Below, one piece after another: positions 40,672 to 49,287 of a DNA stretch of 64,000 bases. This stretch comes from a bacterium (lineage in GTDB: Bacteria; Patescibacteriota; Patescibacteriia; UBA1558; UBA10009). A program made the position numbers and the translations under genes. The notes under the pieces are model-generated. The model was not told the DNA's origin. It saw only the letters and a list, made by a program, of their open reading frames with translations, and did no database searches. The DNA lies in contig JABHGM010000001.1 of assembly GCA_018672055.1 (NCBI GenBank), positions 136,884 through 200,883 of the forward strand. The letters are read 5' to 3'. Position 1 is the first letter of the stretch. Every line of letters begins with the position of its first letter.

Positions 40672-41079
40672 TTAATATTGAGACTGACCAATCACGATCA
40701 TGAAATGGTCCAAAACCGGATTATAACCAAAACCTAAATTTAATCGATAAGTATCATTAGGGAAAAGCGCGAAATCTCTGCTAAAAATATAGCTAAACTC
40801 TGCCTCACCAATATAGTTTATTAAGAAATCGTAATTTCCAAATGATTTTCTCAATGAATAATTTAAGTACCAGCTGTCATCTGTAACTAGATCTCCATTA
40901 TCCTCGACATCGAGAATTGTGATGACTCGACTTACACCAATACCAGGTGAAATAGGCCAAGCAGGTTTTAGTTCAAGACCGATATGTCTCAATCTAGGAT
41001 GAAATGCAAGATAATGGCTATAATCAAAGGCCATTACCATTGTTGTTAATGTAATTAAAATAATTACTTTTTTCTTCAT
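40672..41079 (-). CDS. hypothetical secreted protein
   Basis: N-terminal signal peptide MKKKVIILITLTTMVMA, a beta-rich composition, and a terminator hairpin AGCCCGGT/ACCGGGCT on its 3' side. Confidence 0.35.
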   Translation of the reverse strand: MKKKVIILITLTTMVMAFDYSHYLAFHPRLRHIGLELKPAWPISPGIGVSRVITILDVEDNGDLVTDDSWYLNYSLRKSFGNYDFLINYIGEAEFSYIFSRDFALFPNDTYRLNLGFGYNPVLDHFMIVIGQSQY

Positions 41080-41257
41080 TACGTACTCCTTATATAATAT
41101 GCGTAATATACTATACTAAGCTAAATCTATATAGTTGTCAAGTTTTATAATATTCCACAAAATTTAAAGCTTTTTAAAATAGTTACTAATTTGACTTAAA
41201 CTACTTAAAATGATAATTTATCATTAATCGTACAAAAACAACAAGAGGAGATTTAAA

Positions 41258-41686
41258 ATGCCTGATACTATACCGACTGGAATAAATACAACTATCGGTT
41301 CAATAATTACTAAAAAGTTTTCTTCGACGGATGCTAAGATATATTGTATTAAAAATGCTTTTATTAAAGGCTGTGTCCATATTGTCCTAGGTTATAAAGG
41401 TAAGCAACTCACCAACATCTTTATTAATCCTGAAGACACATCAAAGGCTCGAGAGTATATAGTTATTGGCGAATTGATATCTGCTGTTTTGCAAAATTCA
41501 GATAACCCTAATATTGTATTAAAAGAATTGCGAAACATATTCGATCCTGATGAAAAACCTTTCAACGCAGACAAATACCATAAATCCTTCTATTCTGAAA
41601 TAGCTGACGTCATTGAACAATTCTTTTTAGAGGTAGGTGCTATTAAACCAATAGATAATACCAATAAAAACCATTCAATTAACTAA
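41258..41686 (+). CDS. hypothetical protein
   Basis: 142-aa ORF with no recognisable motifs. Confidence 0.35.
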   Translation: MPDTIPTGINTTIGSIITKKFSSTDAKIYCIKNAFIKGCVHIVLGYKGKQLTNIFINPEDTSKAREYIVIGELISAVLQNSDNPNIVLKELRNIFDPDEKPFNADKYHKSFYSEIADVIEQFFLEVGAIKPIDNTNKNHSIN

Positions 41687-41704
41687 AGATTAATTGTAAA
41701 ATAA

Positions 41705-41736
41705 AAGCCTGTAGTAATATAGGCTTTTTTATTTTT
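41705..41736 (+). terminator. rho-independent terminator
   Basis: AAGCCT-gtagtaatat-AGGCTT followed by TTTTT. Confidence 0.5.
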
Positions 41737-41831
41737 CTAAATTGTATTCAAATAATAATATCTATTATACACTAATAAAAAAGTGCTTAGATATTGTAAT
41801 CCAAGCACCTACTAAAAAGTTTTGTAACGTT

Positions 41832-42377
41832 TTATTCAATACCATATCGCTTTAATAGTTGTTTTGAATTTTCAATTGATCTTTCATGGTGTTCAAGCCC
41901 TAATAGCTCAATTACTTCTTCAAATAATTTACCTTCTGGATCACCATGTGATGATTCAAGCTCAATATACGTAGGAATTCTATTACCACCTTTGAACAGT
42001 TCTCTTATCTCGACTTTCACACCATTTAACTCAAAAACTATTTTAGTTTTTTCGATTTCAACAAAACATGAATGACCAATACGTTCAAAAATTTCATTTA
42101 ATATTCTAGCATCACCAATCTCAGTCTCTAGCTCTTTTACAGTAGCTACCTGACTTTTTAACGTTCCAGTAATTGTCTCGCCATACTTACAGGTAACAGT
42201 GGGTTTATTATTTTGAACCCTTATTCTAAGTATTTTAACTGAATCTGGAATATTATAATATCTATCACAGATACTAAGCGGAACACCTCCTCCAACGCCT
42301 AATTCTTTGAGTCGAGCAATAACTTCTTGTTTATTGATCTCTAAAATCTTAGTTTCAGGTTCATTAATTCCTGGCAT
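41832..42377 (-). CDS. CYTH-domain protein (triphosphate tunnel metalloenzyme / class IV adenylyl cyclase-like)
   Basis: N-terminal EPETKILEI (ExExK) motif and later acidic-strand motifs, in the 181 aa typical of CYTH proteins. Confidence 0.45.
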   Translation of the reverse strand: MPGINEPETKILEINKQEVIARLKELGVGGGVPLSICDRYYNIPDSVKILRIRVQNNKPTVTCKYGETITGTLKSQVATVKELETEIGDARILNEIFERIGHSCFVEIEKTKIVFELNGVKVEIRELFKGGNRIPTYIELESSHGDPEGKLFEEVIELLGLEHHERSIENSKQLLKRYGIE

Positions 42378-42481
42378 TTTCTTCTCCTTTTTCTATTATT
42401 TTAATTTGTTCAGAATAGATGATTATATATTAAATGATTATCATTGTCAACCGCTCTTATTTAAGCTAAAATAGGTTTAAT

Positions 42482-43900
42482 ATGACAATAGCCAGATCAA
42501 TAGCAAACAATACATTTTGGCAGATAATCGGTAAAATAATCGGTACTTTTTTAGGTATCATAACTATTGGTTTATTAACTCGATACTTAGGCCAAACTGG
42601 TTTCGGACAATATACAACTGCTCTTGCATTTATGCAATTCTTTGGTGTTTTAGTAGACATGGGTCTTTATTTAATATGTCTTCGTGAAATATCAGCAAAT
42701 CCTGAAAGAGAAGAATATATAATAAGTAATATATTTACTTTAAGAATTATTTCTGCATTTATCTTTATTGGTGGTGGTGCTTTATTAATCTTTTTATTCC
42801 CCTACCCAGCTATAGTTAAATACTCAGCTCTCATAGTATCACTATCATTTTTCTTCATGTCTTTAGTCCAAATCTTAACAACTGTCTTTCAAAAAAATCT
42901 AAAGATGACACAAGTTGCTTTAGCAGAAGTAATTGGTAGAATTGGTTTCTTAATTGTTATATTCCTATTTATTTTTTATAAAGAAAACTTACCAGCTTTA
43001 ATGCTAGGTAATGTAGCTAATACTTTTATTTACTTTTTAATATTGTGGGTCCTAGTAAAAAAGTATGTAAAAATTACCTGGCTTATTGATCTACCGTATT
43101 GGAAAGAAATAATTACTAAAGCTTGGCCTATAGCTTTAGGCGTTGTTTTAAACTTAGTATATTTTAGAGCAGATACTATAATATTGAGCTTATATAAGCC
43201 AGCCAGTGAAGTTGGTATTTACGGAGCTCCATATAAAATATTGGAAATCATAGCTACTTTCCCTCATATGTTTATGGGATTAGTTATGCCTCTTTTAACT
43301 GCCGCTTGGCTTGTTAAAAATAAAGAAAAATTTCAAAATATTTTACAACATACTTTCAATTTCTTTTTAATTATAATAATACCAATGATACTAGGAACTA
43401 TTCCTTTATCTCACGGAATTATGAAATTAATAGCTGGAGACGGATTTACAGAGTCTGGTGCCATCTTACCGATTTTAATAGTAGCTACAGGCTTAATATT
43501 CTTAGGCACTATGTTTACCTATACTTTAGTAATTTTAGATAAGCAAAAAGCTATGCTTAAATATTTTGGCTTAGCTGCTGTACTTGCTTTAATCGGCTAC
43601 TTTATTTTCATTCCGCGTTACTCATACTTTGGAGCTGCCTGGGTCACAGTTATAGTAGAAGGCTTTATTACAATAATGGCTCTTAGTTTAACTTTCTACC
43701 ATGCTAAGATTAAACTTAAATTAAATGTCCTTTGGAAATCATTACTTGCTTCAATAATAATGACTTCTTGTTTATACTATTTATTACCCTTCAATTTAAA
43801 TATAATACTTCTACTTTTAATTGCTTGCCTTGTTTATTTTATCTTTCTATTTCTTCTTAAAGGAATTGACAAAAAAATGATAAATGCTATATTGAAATAG
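42482..43900 (+). CDS. MOP-superfamily polysaccharide/oligosaccharide flippase (Wzx/MurJ-like)
   Basis: 472 aa with about 14 TM helices. The N-terminal SIANNTFWQIIGKIIGTFLGIITIGLLTRYLG is typical of PF01943-type flippases. Confidence 0.6.
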   Translation: MTIARSIANNTFWQIIGKIIGTFLGIITIGLLTRYLGQTGFGQYTTALAFMQFFGVLVDMGLYLICLREISANPEREEYIISNIFTLRIISAFIFIGGGALLIFLFPYPAIVKYSALIVSLSFFFMSLVQILTTVFQKNLKMTQVALAEVIGRIGFLIVIFLFIFYKENLPALMLGNVANTFIYFLILWVLVKKYVKITWLIDLPYWKEIITKAWPIALGVVLNLVYFRADTIILSLYKPASEVGIYGAPYKILEIIATFPHMFMGLVMPLLTAAWLVKNKEKFQNILQHTFNFFLIIIIPMILGTIPLSHGIMKLIAGDGFTESGAILPILIVATGLIFLGTMFTYTLVILDKQKAMLKYFGLAAVLALIGYFIFIPRYSYFGAAWVTVIVEGFITIMALSLTFYHAKIKLKLNVLWKSLLASIIMTSCLYYLLPFNLNIILLLLIACLVYFIFLFLLKGIDKKMINAILK

Positions 43901-43928
43901 TTCTGTTCTAAATAACTTAGGAGAAATC

Positions 43929-44453
43929 GTGTTTAACAAAATAGACATTCTTAAAAAAATCTTCGCGCTAGATAATACAAGATTTGCTTTATGTCTTTTG
44001 GGAGCAATATCTTTAGGGATCCTAACCGCCTTATTTTCTCAATGGATTATAAAAAATACCTGGTTCAATCAATACTTTGCTGCCATAATGATTTCAATTA
44101 TTGTGCTTTCAAGCATACTTTACATTCTGTTACTTAAAAAATCACCTAGACGTAATAAATATAGTCAAGTAATTTATTTAATAGGGGCTGTAACTATATT
44201 GATATTAATGTCTCTTGAAGTATTTTCAGATGCAAATCAAGTAAAAGAACGAATCGTAATTATTACACTTACACTATTCTATCTAGTAATAATAGTTTTC
44301 ATGATAGATAGCAAAGATGATCAAAAATTATTTCTTGCAAATCAACACATGATAAGTGAATTAATAAAAGAAGTAAAAGTTAGACTAGCTATTGAAGAAA
44401 CCAAAGAAGACGAAAAAGAACTAAAAAGACTACTCAATCTACAAAAACAGTAG
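43929..44453 (+). CDS. hypothetical membrane protein
   Basis: 174-aa ORF with 4 TM helices and a charged C-terminal tail. Confidence 0.35.
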   Translation: MFNKIDILKKIFALDNTRFALCLLGAISLGILTALFSQWIIKNTWFNQYFAAIMISIIVLSSILYILLLKKSPRRNKYSQVIYLIGAVTILILMSLEVFSDANQVKERIVIITLTLFYLVIIVFMIDSKDDQKLFLANQHMISELIKEVKVRLAIEETKEDEKELKRLLNLQKQ

Positions 44454-44479
44454 TAATGCTTAAAAATATTTTCTCTATA

Positions 44480-44508
44480 AACGCTCAGTCCAATTGAGCG
44501 TTTTTTAT
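44480..44508 (+). terminator. rho-independent terminator
   Basis: AACGCTCA-gtccaat-TGAGCGTT followed by TTTTT. Confidence 0.5.
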
Positions 44509-44536
44509 TTACTTAAAAGTCTGTTAAAATAGAGCT

Positions 44537-45880
44537 ATGTTAAACATCGTATTAATCATTCTATTCTACCTATTATTCGCCTATTTAAGCTCAAAAAACG
44601 TTAAATATGGCCTCTTTATGGTAACTGCGTTACTTCCATCATATTTGGTTAGATTTAACGTTTTTAACATACCAACTACACTTTTAGAAGGTATGATATA
44701 TATTCTATTTATCATTTGGCTATTTAAAATGAAGAAAGAATATAGTCTTACCTTTAACCCACTTAAGTGGTTTAAATCTAAAAAAGAATTATTTAATCCA
44801 GTACCTAATATATTAAAATTACCTTTAATTCTCTTTTTAGTAGCAGCTACTATCTCCGTATTTGTATCACCTAACTTTGAATCTGCTCTAGGTTTATGGA
44901 AAGCATATTTTATTGATGCCCTATTATATTTCATAATATTTATTTATACTATTAAATCTAAAATTGATATACAAAATATTATCAGAGTTTTAGGTTTAAC
45001 TGTTATTGTAATTGGTTTATTTGCTATATATCAAAAAATAACTGGCAATTTAATTCCTAACCCTTTTTGGGCAGACGAAAGTACTAGACGCATAACAACA
45101 TTTTTTGGTTATCCCAATGCTAATGCTTTATTTATATCACCTATACTTCTTTTAACTTTAATTAATTTAGTTAAAGACAAAAAAAAGTATTTATATCAAA
45201 TACTAAATATTTTAATCTTAATACTTGGCTTTCTAACTGTGCTTTGGGCAGAATCAACAGGAGCCTTACTTGGTATCCTAGCTGGTTTAATAACAATATT
45301 TATTTTCACTAAAAAAACTAGACTTATAACTCTTACTTTAATTGCATTTGTTTTAATTGTTTCATTATTTATACCGGGAGTTACCTCAAAGATAGAAAGT
45401 TCATATATTTCCATAAATGAAACTCATCTTTCTGCATCACCAACTGATTTACAACTAAGAACAAGCCAGTGGCGTGAAACATATGAGCTTTTAAAAACAA
45501 AACCTATCTTAGGTGCTGGCTTAGCTGGGTATCAAACATTAGTTGAGCCATATCATATAAATAAACATATTGAAATCTATTTATATCCACATAACTTCTT
45601 TCTAAACTTTTATGTTGAGATTGGTCTACTAGGATTAATTAGTATTTGCTGGCTTCTTATTATATACTACAAGCTATCATATAAGTCAGAATATTCTATT
45701 TATTCCATAATCTTAAGTTCAGTAATGATTACTATTCTAGTACATGGTTTAGTAGATGTACCATATTTAAAAAATGACTTAGCAATATTATTTTGGATTA
45801 TCTTTGGCTTAACAATCAGTATATATAATACACGGAGAGGTGCCGGAGTGGTTGAACGGGCTGCTCTCGAAAAGCAGTAG
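44537..45880 (+). CDS. O-antigen ligase/polymerase-like (Wzy_C family) polytopic membrane protein
   Basis: About 12 TM helices with a large extracytoplasmic loop near the C-terminal third, as in Wzy/WaaL proteins. The last ~15 codons overlap tRNA-Ser. Confidence 0.5.
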   Translation: MLNIVLIILFYLLFAYLSSKNVKYGLFMVTALLPSYLVRFNVFNIPTTLLEGMIYILFIIWLFKMKKEYSLTFNPLKWFKSKKELFNPVPNILKLPLILFLVAATISVFVSPNFESALGLWKAYFIDALLYFIIFIYTIKSKIDIQNIIRVLGLTVIVIGLFAIYQKITGNLIPNPFWADESTRRITTFFGYPNANALFISPILLLTLINLVKDKKKYLYQILNILILILGFLTVLWAESTGALLGILAGLITIFIFTKKTRLITLTLIAFVLIVSLFIPGVTSKIESSYISINETHLSASPTDLQLRTSQWRETYELLKTKPILGAGLAGYQTLVEPYHINKHIEIYLYPHNFFLNFYVEIGLLGLISICWLLIIYYKLSYKSEYSIYSIILSSVMITILVHGLVDVPYLKNDLAILFWIIFGLTISIYNTRRGAGVVERAALEKQ

Positions 45881-45923
45881 ACTTTTACTAGTCACGGGGG
45901 TTCGAATCCCTCCCTCTCCGCCA
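45834..45923 (+). tRNA. tRNA-Ser (CGA) with a long variable arm, CCA encoded
   Basis: GGAGAGG acceptor stem, anticodon loop CTCGAAA, a long extra arm, GGTTCGAATCC T-loop. Confidence 0.9.
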
Positions 45924-45989
45924 TAAAAGATAATTTAAATTTTTAATGTTACTTTTTTCATTTTAATTCGTTGTATATATTAGAAAACC

Positions 45990-46514
45990 ATGGTTTTAGA
46001 AGAACAAAATATAATAGATATGTATGATAAATATGTAGATAAAATATATAATTTTGTTTACTATCGTACACATCATAAAGAAACTGCTGAGGATTTAACT
46101 AGCTTAATCTTTATTAAAGCTCTTGAAAACATTAGTAATTATAAAAAGGGAACTAATTTTAATGCTTGGATATATAGAATAGCTAGAAACACAATTATAG
46201 ATCATTATCGTACAAAACGAGAATTTAAAGATATTGATGATATTTGGGACTTAGCTTCTAGTGATGACCTAAGCTCAAAGATTGATAACAAAGAAACATT
46301 AAAAAAGATAGAAAAATACCTTAATACTTTGAAATCATTACAAAGAGATGTAATAATAATGAGAATCTGGGATAATCTATCTTTTAAAGAAATAAGTAAA
46401 ATTCTAAATAAAAGTGAAGGCTCTTTAAAAATGATGCTTAGCAGAAGCAGGAAAGAGTTAAAAGAAAATTATTTAACTATATTAATCCTCTTAATATCAA
46501 TAAAACATGGATAA
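45990..46514 (+). CDS. ECF (sigma-70 family group 4) RNA polymerase sigma factor
   Basis: Region 2 (YNFVYYRTHHKETAEDLTSLIFIKALENISNY...AWIYRIARNTIIDHYR) and region 4 (LQRDVIIMRIWDNLSFKEISKILNKSEGSLKMMLSRSRKELK). Confidence 0.8.
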   Translation: MVLEEQNIIDMYDKYVDKIYNFVYYRTHHKETAEDLTSLIFIKALENISNYKKGTNFNAWIYRIARNTIIDHYRTKREFKDIDDIWDLASSDDLSSKIDNKETLKKIEKYLNTLKSLQRDVIIMRIWDNLSFKEISKILNKSEGSLKMMLSRSRKELKENYLTILILLISIKHG

Positions 46515-47994
46515 AGAAATTAAAAACATTTTAAATGATCTATATAAAATAGATAAAAGTTTTAAAAAACATGAATCTGAATTAATTAAAACTATAAATG
46601 AATTAATAAATAATAAGCCAAAAATTATTATTAACAAAGATTTTAGAGAAGAATTAAAATCTAAACTCATTAAACAAGCTAAAAAGCTCAATAAAACAAA
46701 AATTAAAAAACTAAACTTAAACTTTATGAAATTAAGAAACTATTATTATGTATTCGGCAGTTTTGCTATTATTATCTTAATAGTTATATCATCTGTTTAC
46801 TACTCAAATCAAACAAGTAACCTAGCCTTTGGATTAAATATTGAATCTGTTTCAGAAAATGCCTTTGGATCTATTGAAAATAATCTTTCCGCTAATGAAA
46901 CCGTCGACAGGCAAGCATTGGGCATTGGCGCTGGAGGCGGAGGCGGTTATGCAACTGCTTCTTCAGAAATGGCTACTAAATCAGATACAGCTGTTTCTAT
47001 GATAGCCCCTGATTATATGAATAATTTTCAATACATATATGAAGGTGATGAAATAACTATCTCTGAAAATGAAATGGCAGTACTTAAAAAATCAAAAAAC
47101 ATTAATAATCTTAATCTTTCATCAATAATTAATAACTTTAATTTTGAAACTGTTAATTTAAATAAGTTTTCTGATGCAAAAGTCCAAAATATTTCGTTTG
47201 CTCAAGAAAAAGACTTTGGTTATCAAGTTTATCTTAATTTCTTAGAAGGCCAGGTTAGTCTTAACCAAAACTACAGCACTTGGCCACAAAATAATGAGCA
47301 TGGATGTATAGGTGATGTTTGTACAATAGAAATACAGCAAAGGACTTCTATTTCTGATGTTCCAGAAAACCAGGCTTTAATCAATATTGCAAATGATTTT
47401 TTAAATGAATATGACATAGATACTTCCCTATACGGCGAACCTGAAGTAGATAACAGATGGAAAATATATTATGAACAATCCAAAGATAAGGCTAGCTACT
47501 ATATTCCAGAAGTTATTAATGTGCTCTATCCTCTCAAAATCAATAACCAAATTGTATATAATGAAGGAGGCAATAAAGAGGGTTTAAATCTGGCTATTCA
47601 TATTAAATATAAGAAGGTTTATAGTCTACATAACCTAACCTCGCAGAATTATCAAAGTTCAATGTATAAAACTGAGACTGATATAAATAAAATTTTGGAT
47701 ATAGCAAGACGAGGAGGTAGAAATGTTTATACATATCAAAACAATCAGAAAGTTATTGAAGTTAAAATAGGAACACCAACACTATCATATGTAAAAATAT
47801 GGCAATATAATAATAATCAAAATGATGAATTATTGGTTCCAGCATTTATATTTCCCATCTTAGAAAAACCAGCTGTTAACTATTTTTACAAAGATAATAT
47901 AATAGTCCCTCTTATTAGTGATATGCTTGATTCAGATAATAATCCACGAGTAATGCCTATGCCTCTTGTTGAACCTGCAATAATGGAAAATTAA
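46507..47994 (+). CDS. putative anti-sigma factor (cytoplasmic N-domain, single TM, large extracytoplasmic domain)
   Basis: Overlaps the sigma factor by 8 nt. Has a ~80-aa N-terminal region, TM YYVFGSFAIIILIVISSVYY, and a ~395-aa outer domain. Assignment is by position and topology only. Confidence 0.35.
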   Translation: MDKEIKNILNDLYKIDKSFKKHESELIKTINELINNKPKIIINKDFREELKSKLIKQAKKLNKTKIKKLNLNFMKLRNYYYVFGSFAIIILIVISSVYYSNQTSNLAFGLNIESVSENAFGSIENNLSANETVDRQALGIGAGGGGGYATASSEMATKSDTAVSMIAPDYMNNFQYIYEGDEITISENEMAVLKKSKNINNLNLSSIINNFNFETVNLNKFSDAKVQNISFAQEKDFGYQVYLNFLEGQVSLNQNYSTWPQNNEHGCIGDVCTIEIQQRTSISDVPENQALINIANDFLNEYDIDTSLYGEPEVDNRWKIYYEQSKDKASYYIPEVINVLYPLKINNQIVYNEGGNKEGLNLAIHIKYKKVYSLHNLTSQNYQSSMYKTETDINKILDIARRGGRNVYTYQNNQKVIEVKIGTPTLSYVKIWQYNNNQNDELLVPAFIFPILEKPAVNYFYKDNIIVPLISDMLDSDNNPRVMPMPLVEPAIMEN

Positions 47995-48005
47995 TAATTA
48001 TATAT

Positions 48006-48040
48006 AAAAGCTCTAATAATATACTTAGAGCTTTTATATT
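48006..48040 (+). terminator. rho-independent terminator
   Basis: AAAGCTCTA-10 nt-TAGAGCTTT followed by a T-rich run. Confidence 0.45.
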
Positions 48041-48074
48041 TACCTAATATTAGCTAAATTATATCAATTATTTA

Positions 48075-48103
48075 TTGACAAAACTTCTAACACATGCTAA
48101 TAT
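48075..48103 (+). promoter_or_regulatory. sigma70-like promoter of a short leader or sRNA unit
   Basis: TTGACA (48075-48080), a 17-nt spacer, TAATAT (48098-48103). Confidence 0.45.
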
Positions 48104-48165
48104 AATATATCGTCTACTAACTATGGTAGATGAAATAAAAGTCCGAATGGACAAGGAGAATCTAT

Positions 48166-48210
48166 ATGATTCAAACAAAACCAGTATTGAACAAAAGCCA
48201 TACAAGCTAA
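48166..48210 (+). CDS. 14-codon mini-ORF with a strong Shine-Dalgarno (possible leader peptide or small protein)
   Basis: AAGGAG (48154-48159) sits 6 nt before the ATG at 48166. The ORF reads MIQTKPVLNKSHTS then TAA. SD sites this strong are rare elsewhere in the window. Confidence 0.25.
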   Translation: MIQTKPVLNKSHTS

Positions 48211-48349
48211 TCAAATCTATGCCGGTGACAAGGTGCTAAAAGCAACCTTGAAAAATTCCCTGAAGTATTAAACTTTTAAAATCAGATTACAATACTCCTA
48301 TTAGAATAATTTTAGGATAATTGCTTTAAAATGATAATAATCTAATTTT

Positions 48350-48379
48350 GAAAATCCTGCTTCAGGGATTTTCTTTTTA
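48350..48379 (+). terminator. rho-independent terminator with a possible alternative antiterminator pairing
   Basis: GAAAATCC-tgcttcag-GGATTTTC followed by TTTTT. The CTTCAGGGA segment of the loop and 3' arm is perfectly complementary to TCCCTGAAG at 48258-48266. Confidence 0.5.
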
Positions 48380-48382
48380 TTA

Positions 48383-48411
48383 TTGCTTATATACTTTAAA
48401 AATTGTATAAT
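48383..48411 (+). promoter_or_regulatory. sigma70-like promoter immediately upstream of galU
   Basis: TTGCTT (48383-48388), a 17-nt spacer, TGTATAAT (48404-48411). It would give a near-leaderless transcript for the ATG at 48424. Confidence 0.4.
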
Positions 48412-48423
48412 AATATCATATTT

Positions 48424-49287
48424 ATGACTAAAATTCGCAAAGCAATTATACCAGTAGCTGGTTTTGGAACTAGATTCCTACCTGCTTCAAAAGCTCAGCC
48501 TAAAGAAATGTTGCCTATAGTTGATAAACCAACTATTCAATACATTGTCGAAGGCTGTGTTAAGGCTGGAATAAAAGATATTATCTTTGTTACTTCAAGT
48601 AACAAACGTGCTGTTGAAGATCACTTTGATAATTCAACTGGTTTAGAAAATTGGTTAAAAAAACAAGGCAAAACTAAACAGTTAAATGAAATTAAAAAAA
48701 TTGCTCAGATGGCTAATTTTATTTACATCCGACAAAAAGGACCTATGGGTAATGGTACTCCTGTTTTAAATGCTGAAAAAATAATTGGTGATGAGCCCTT
48801 TATGGTTTTTTGGGGTGATGAATTCTATACTGGTCCTAAATCTTGGGTAAAACAAATGATTGATGTCTATGAAAAATATGGAGATCCAGTTCTAGCTGCT
48901 GTTAAAACTGATAAAGAAGGCCAGGCTCGTTACGGAATTATTGATGGCGTTAAAGTAGATAAAAATATTTATGAAATTAAAAAAGTAATTGAAAAACCTG
49001 GTCCTAAAAAAGCACCTTCTAAATTAGCTTCAGTTGGTGGTTATCTTTTAACACCTGATATATTCCCTATTTTAAAAAAATTAAAACCTAGTAAAGGTGG
49101 TGAAGTATGGCTAGCTGATGCTATTCATACACTAAGCAAACAAAGAGCTATGTATGCCTGTGAAATTGATGGTGAATTATATGATGCCGGAACTCTATTT
49201 GGTTGGTTAAAGGCTAATGTTGATCTAGCTTTAACTCATCCTAAAATAAGTAAAGAATTTAAAAAATATCTTAAAAAAATTAAGTAA
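48424..49287 (+). CDS. galU: UTP--glucose-1-phosphate uridylyltransferase
   Basis: MTKIRKAIIPVAGFGTRFLPASKAQPKEMLPIVDKPTIQYIVEG is the canonical GalU N-terminus. The ORF track starts at 48403, but that start would place the -10 element inside the coding sequence. Confidence 0.8.
   Translation: MTKIRKAIIPVAGFGTRFLPASKAQPKEMLPIVDKPTIQYIVEGCVKAGIKDIIFVTSSNKRAVEDHFDNSTGLENWLKKQGKTKQLNEIKKIAQMANFIYIRQKGPMGNGTPVLNAEKIIGDEPFMVFWGDEFYTGPKSWVKQMIDVYEKYGDPVLAAVKTDKEGQARYGIIDGVKVDKNIYEIKKVIEKPGPKKAPSKLASVGGYLLTPDIFPILKKLKPSKGGEVWLADAIHTLSKQRAMYACEIDGELYDAGTLFGWLKANVDLALTHPKISKEFKKYLKKIK

Noticed and set aside
48104-48379. RNase P RNA, tmRNA or SRP RNA in the galU upstream region
   Set aside because: AAAGTCCGAATGG superficially resembles the RNase P P4 region. 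The region is far too short and AT-rich, and it lacks the other universally conserved RNase P elements. It has no tRNA-like 3' end or tag ORF for tmRNA, and no SRP domain IV motif.
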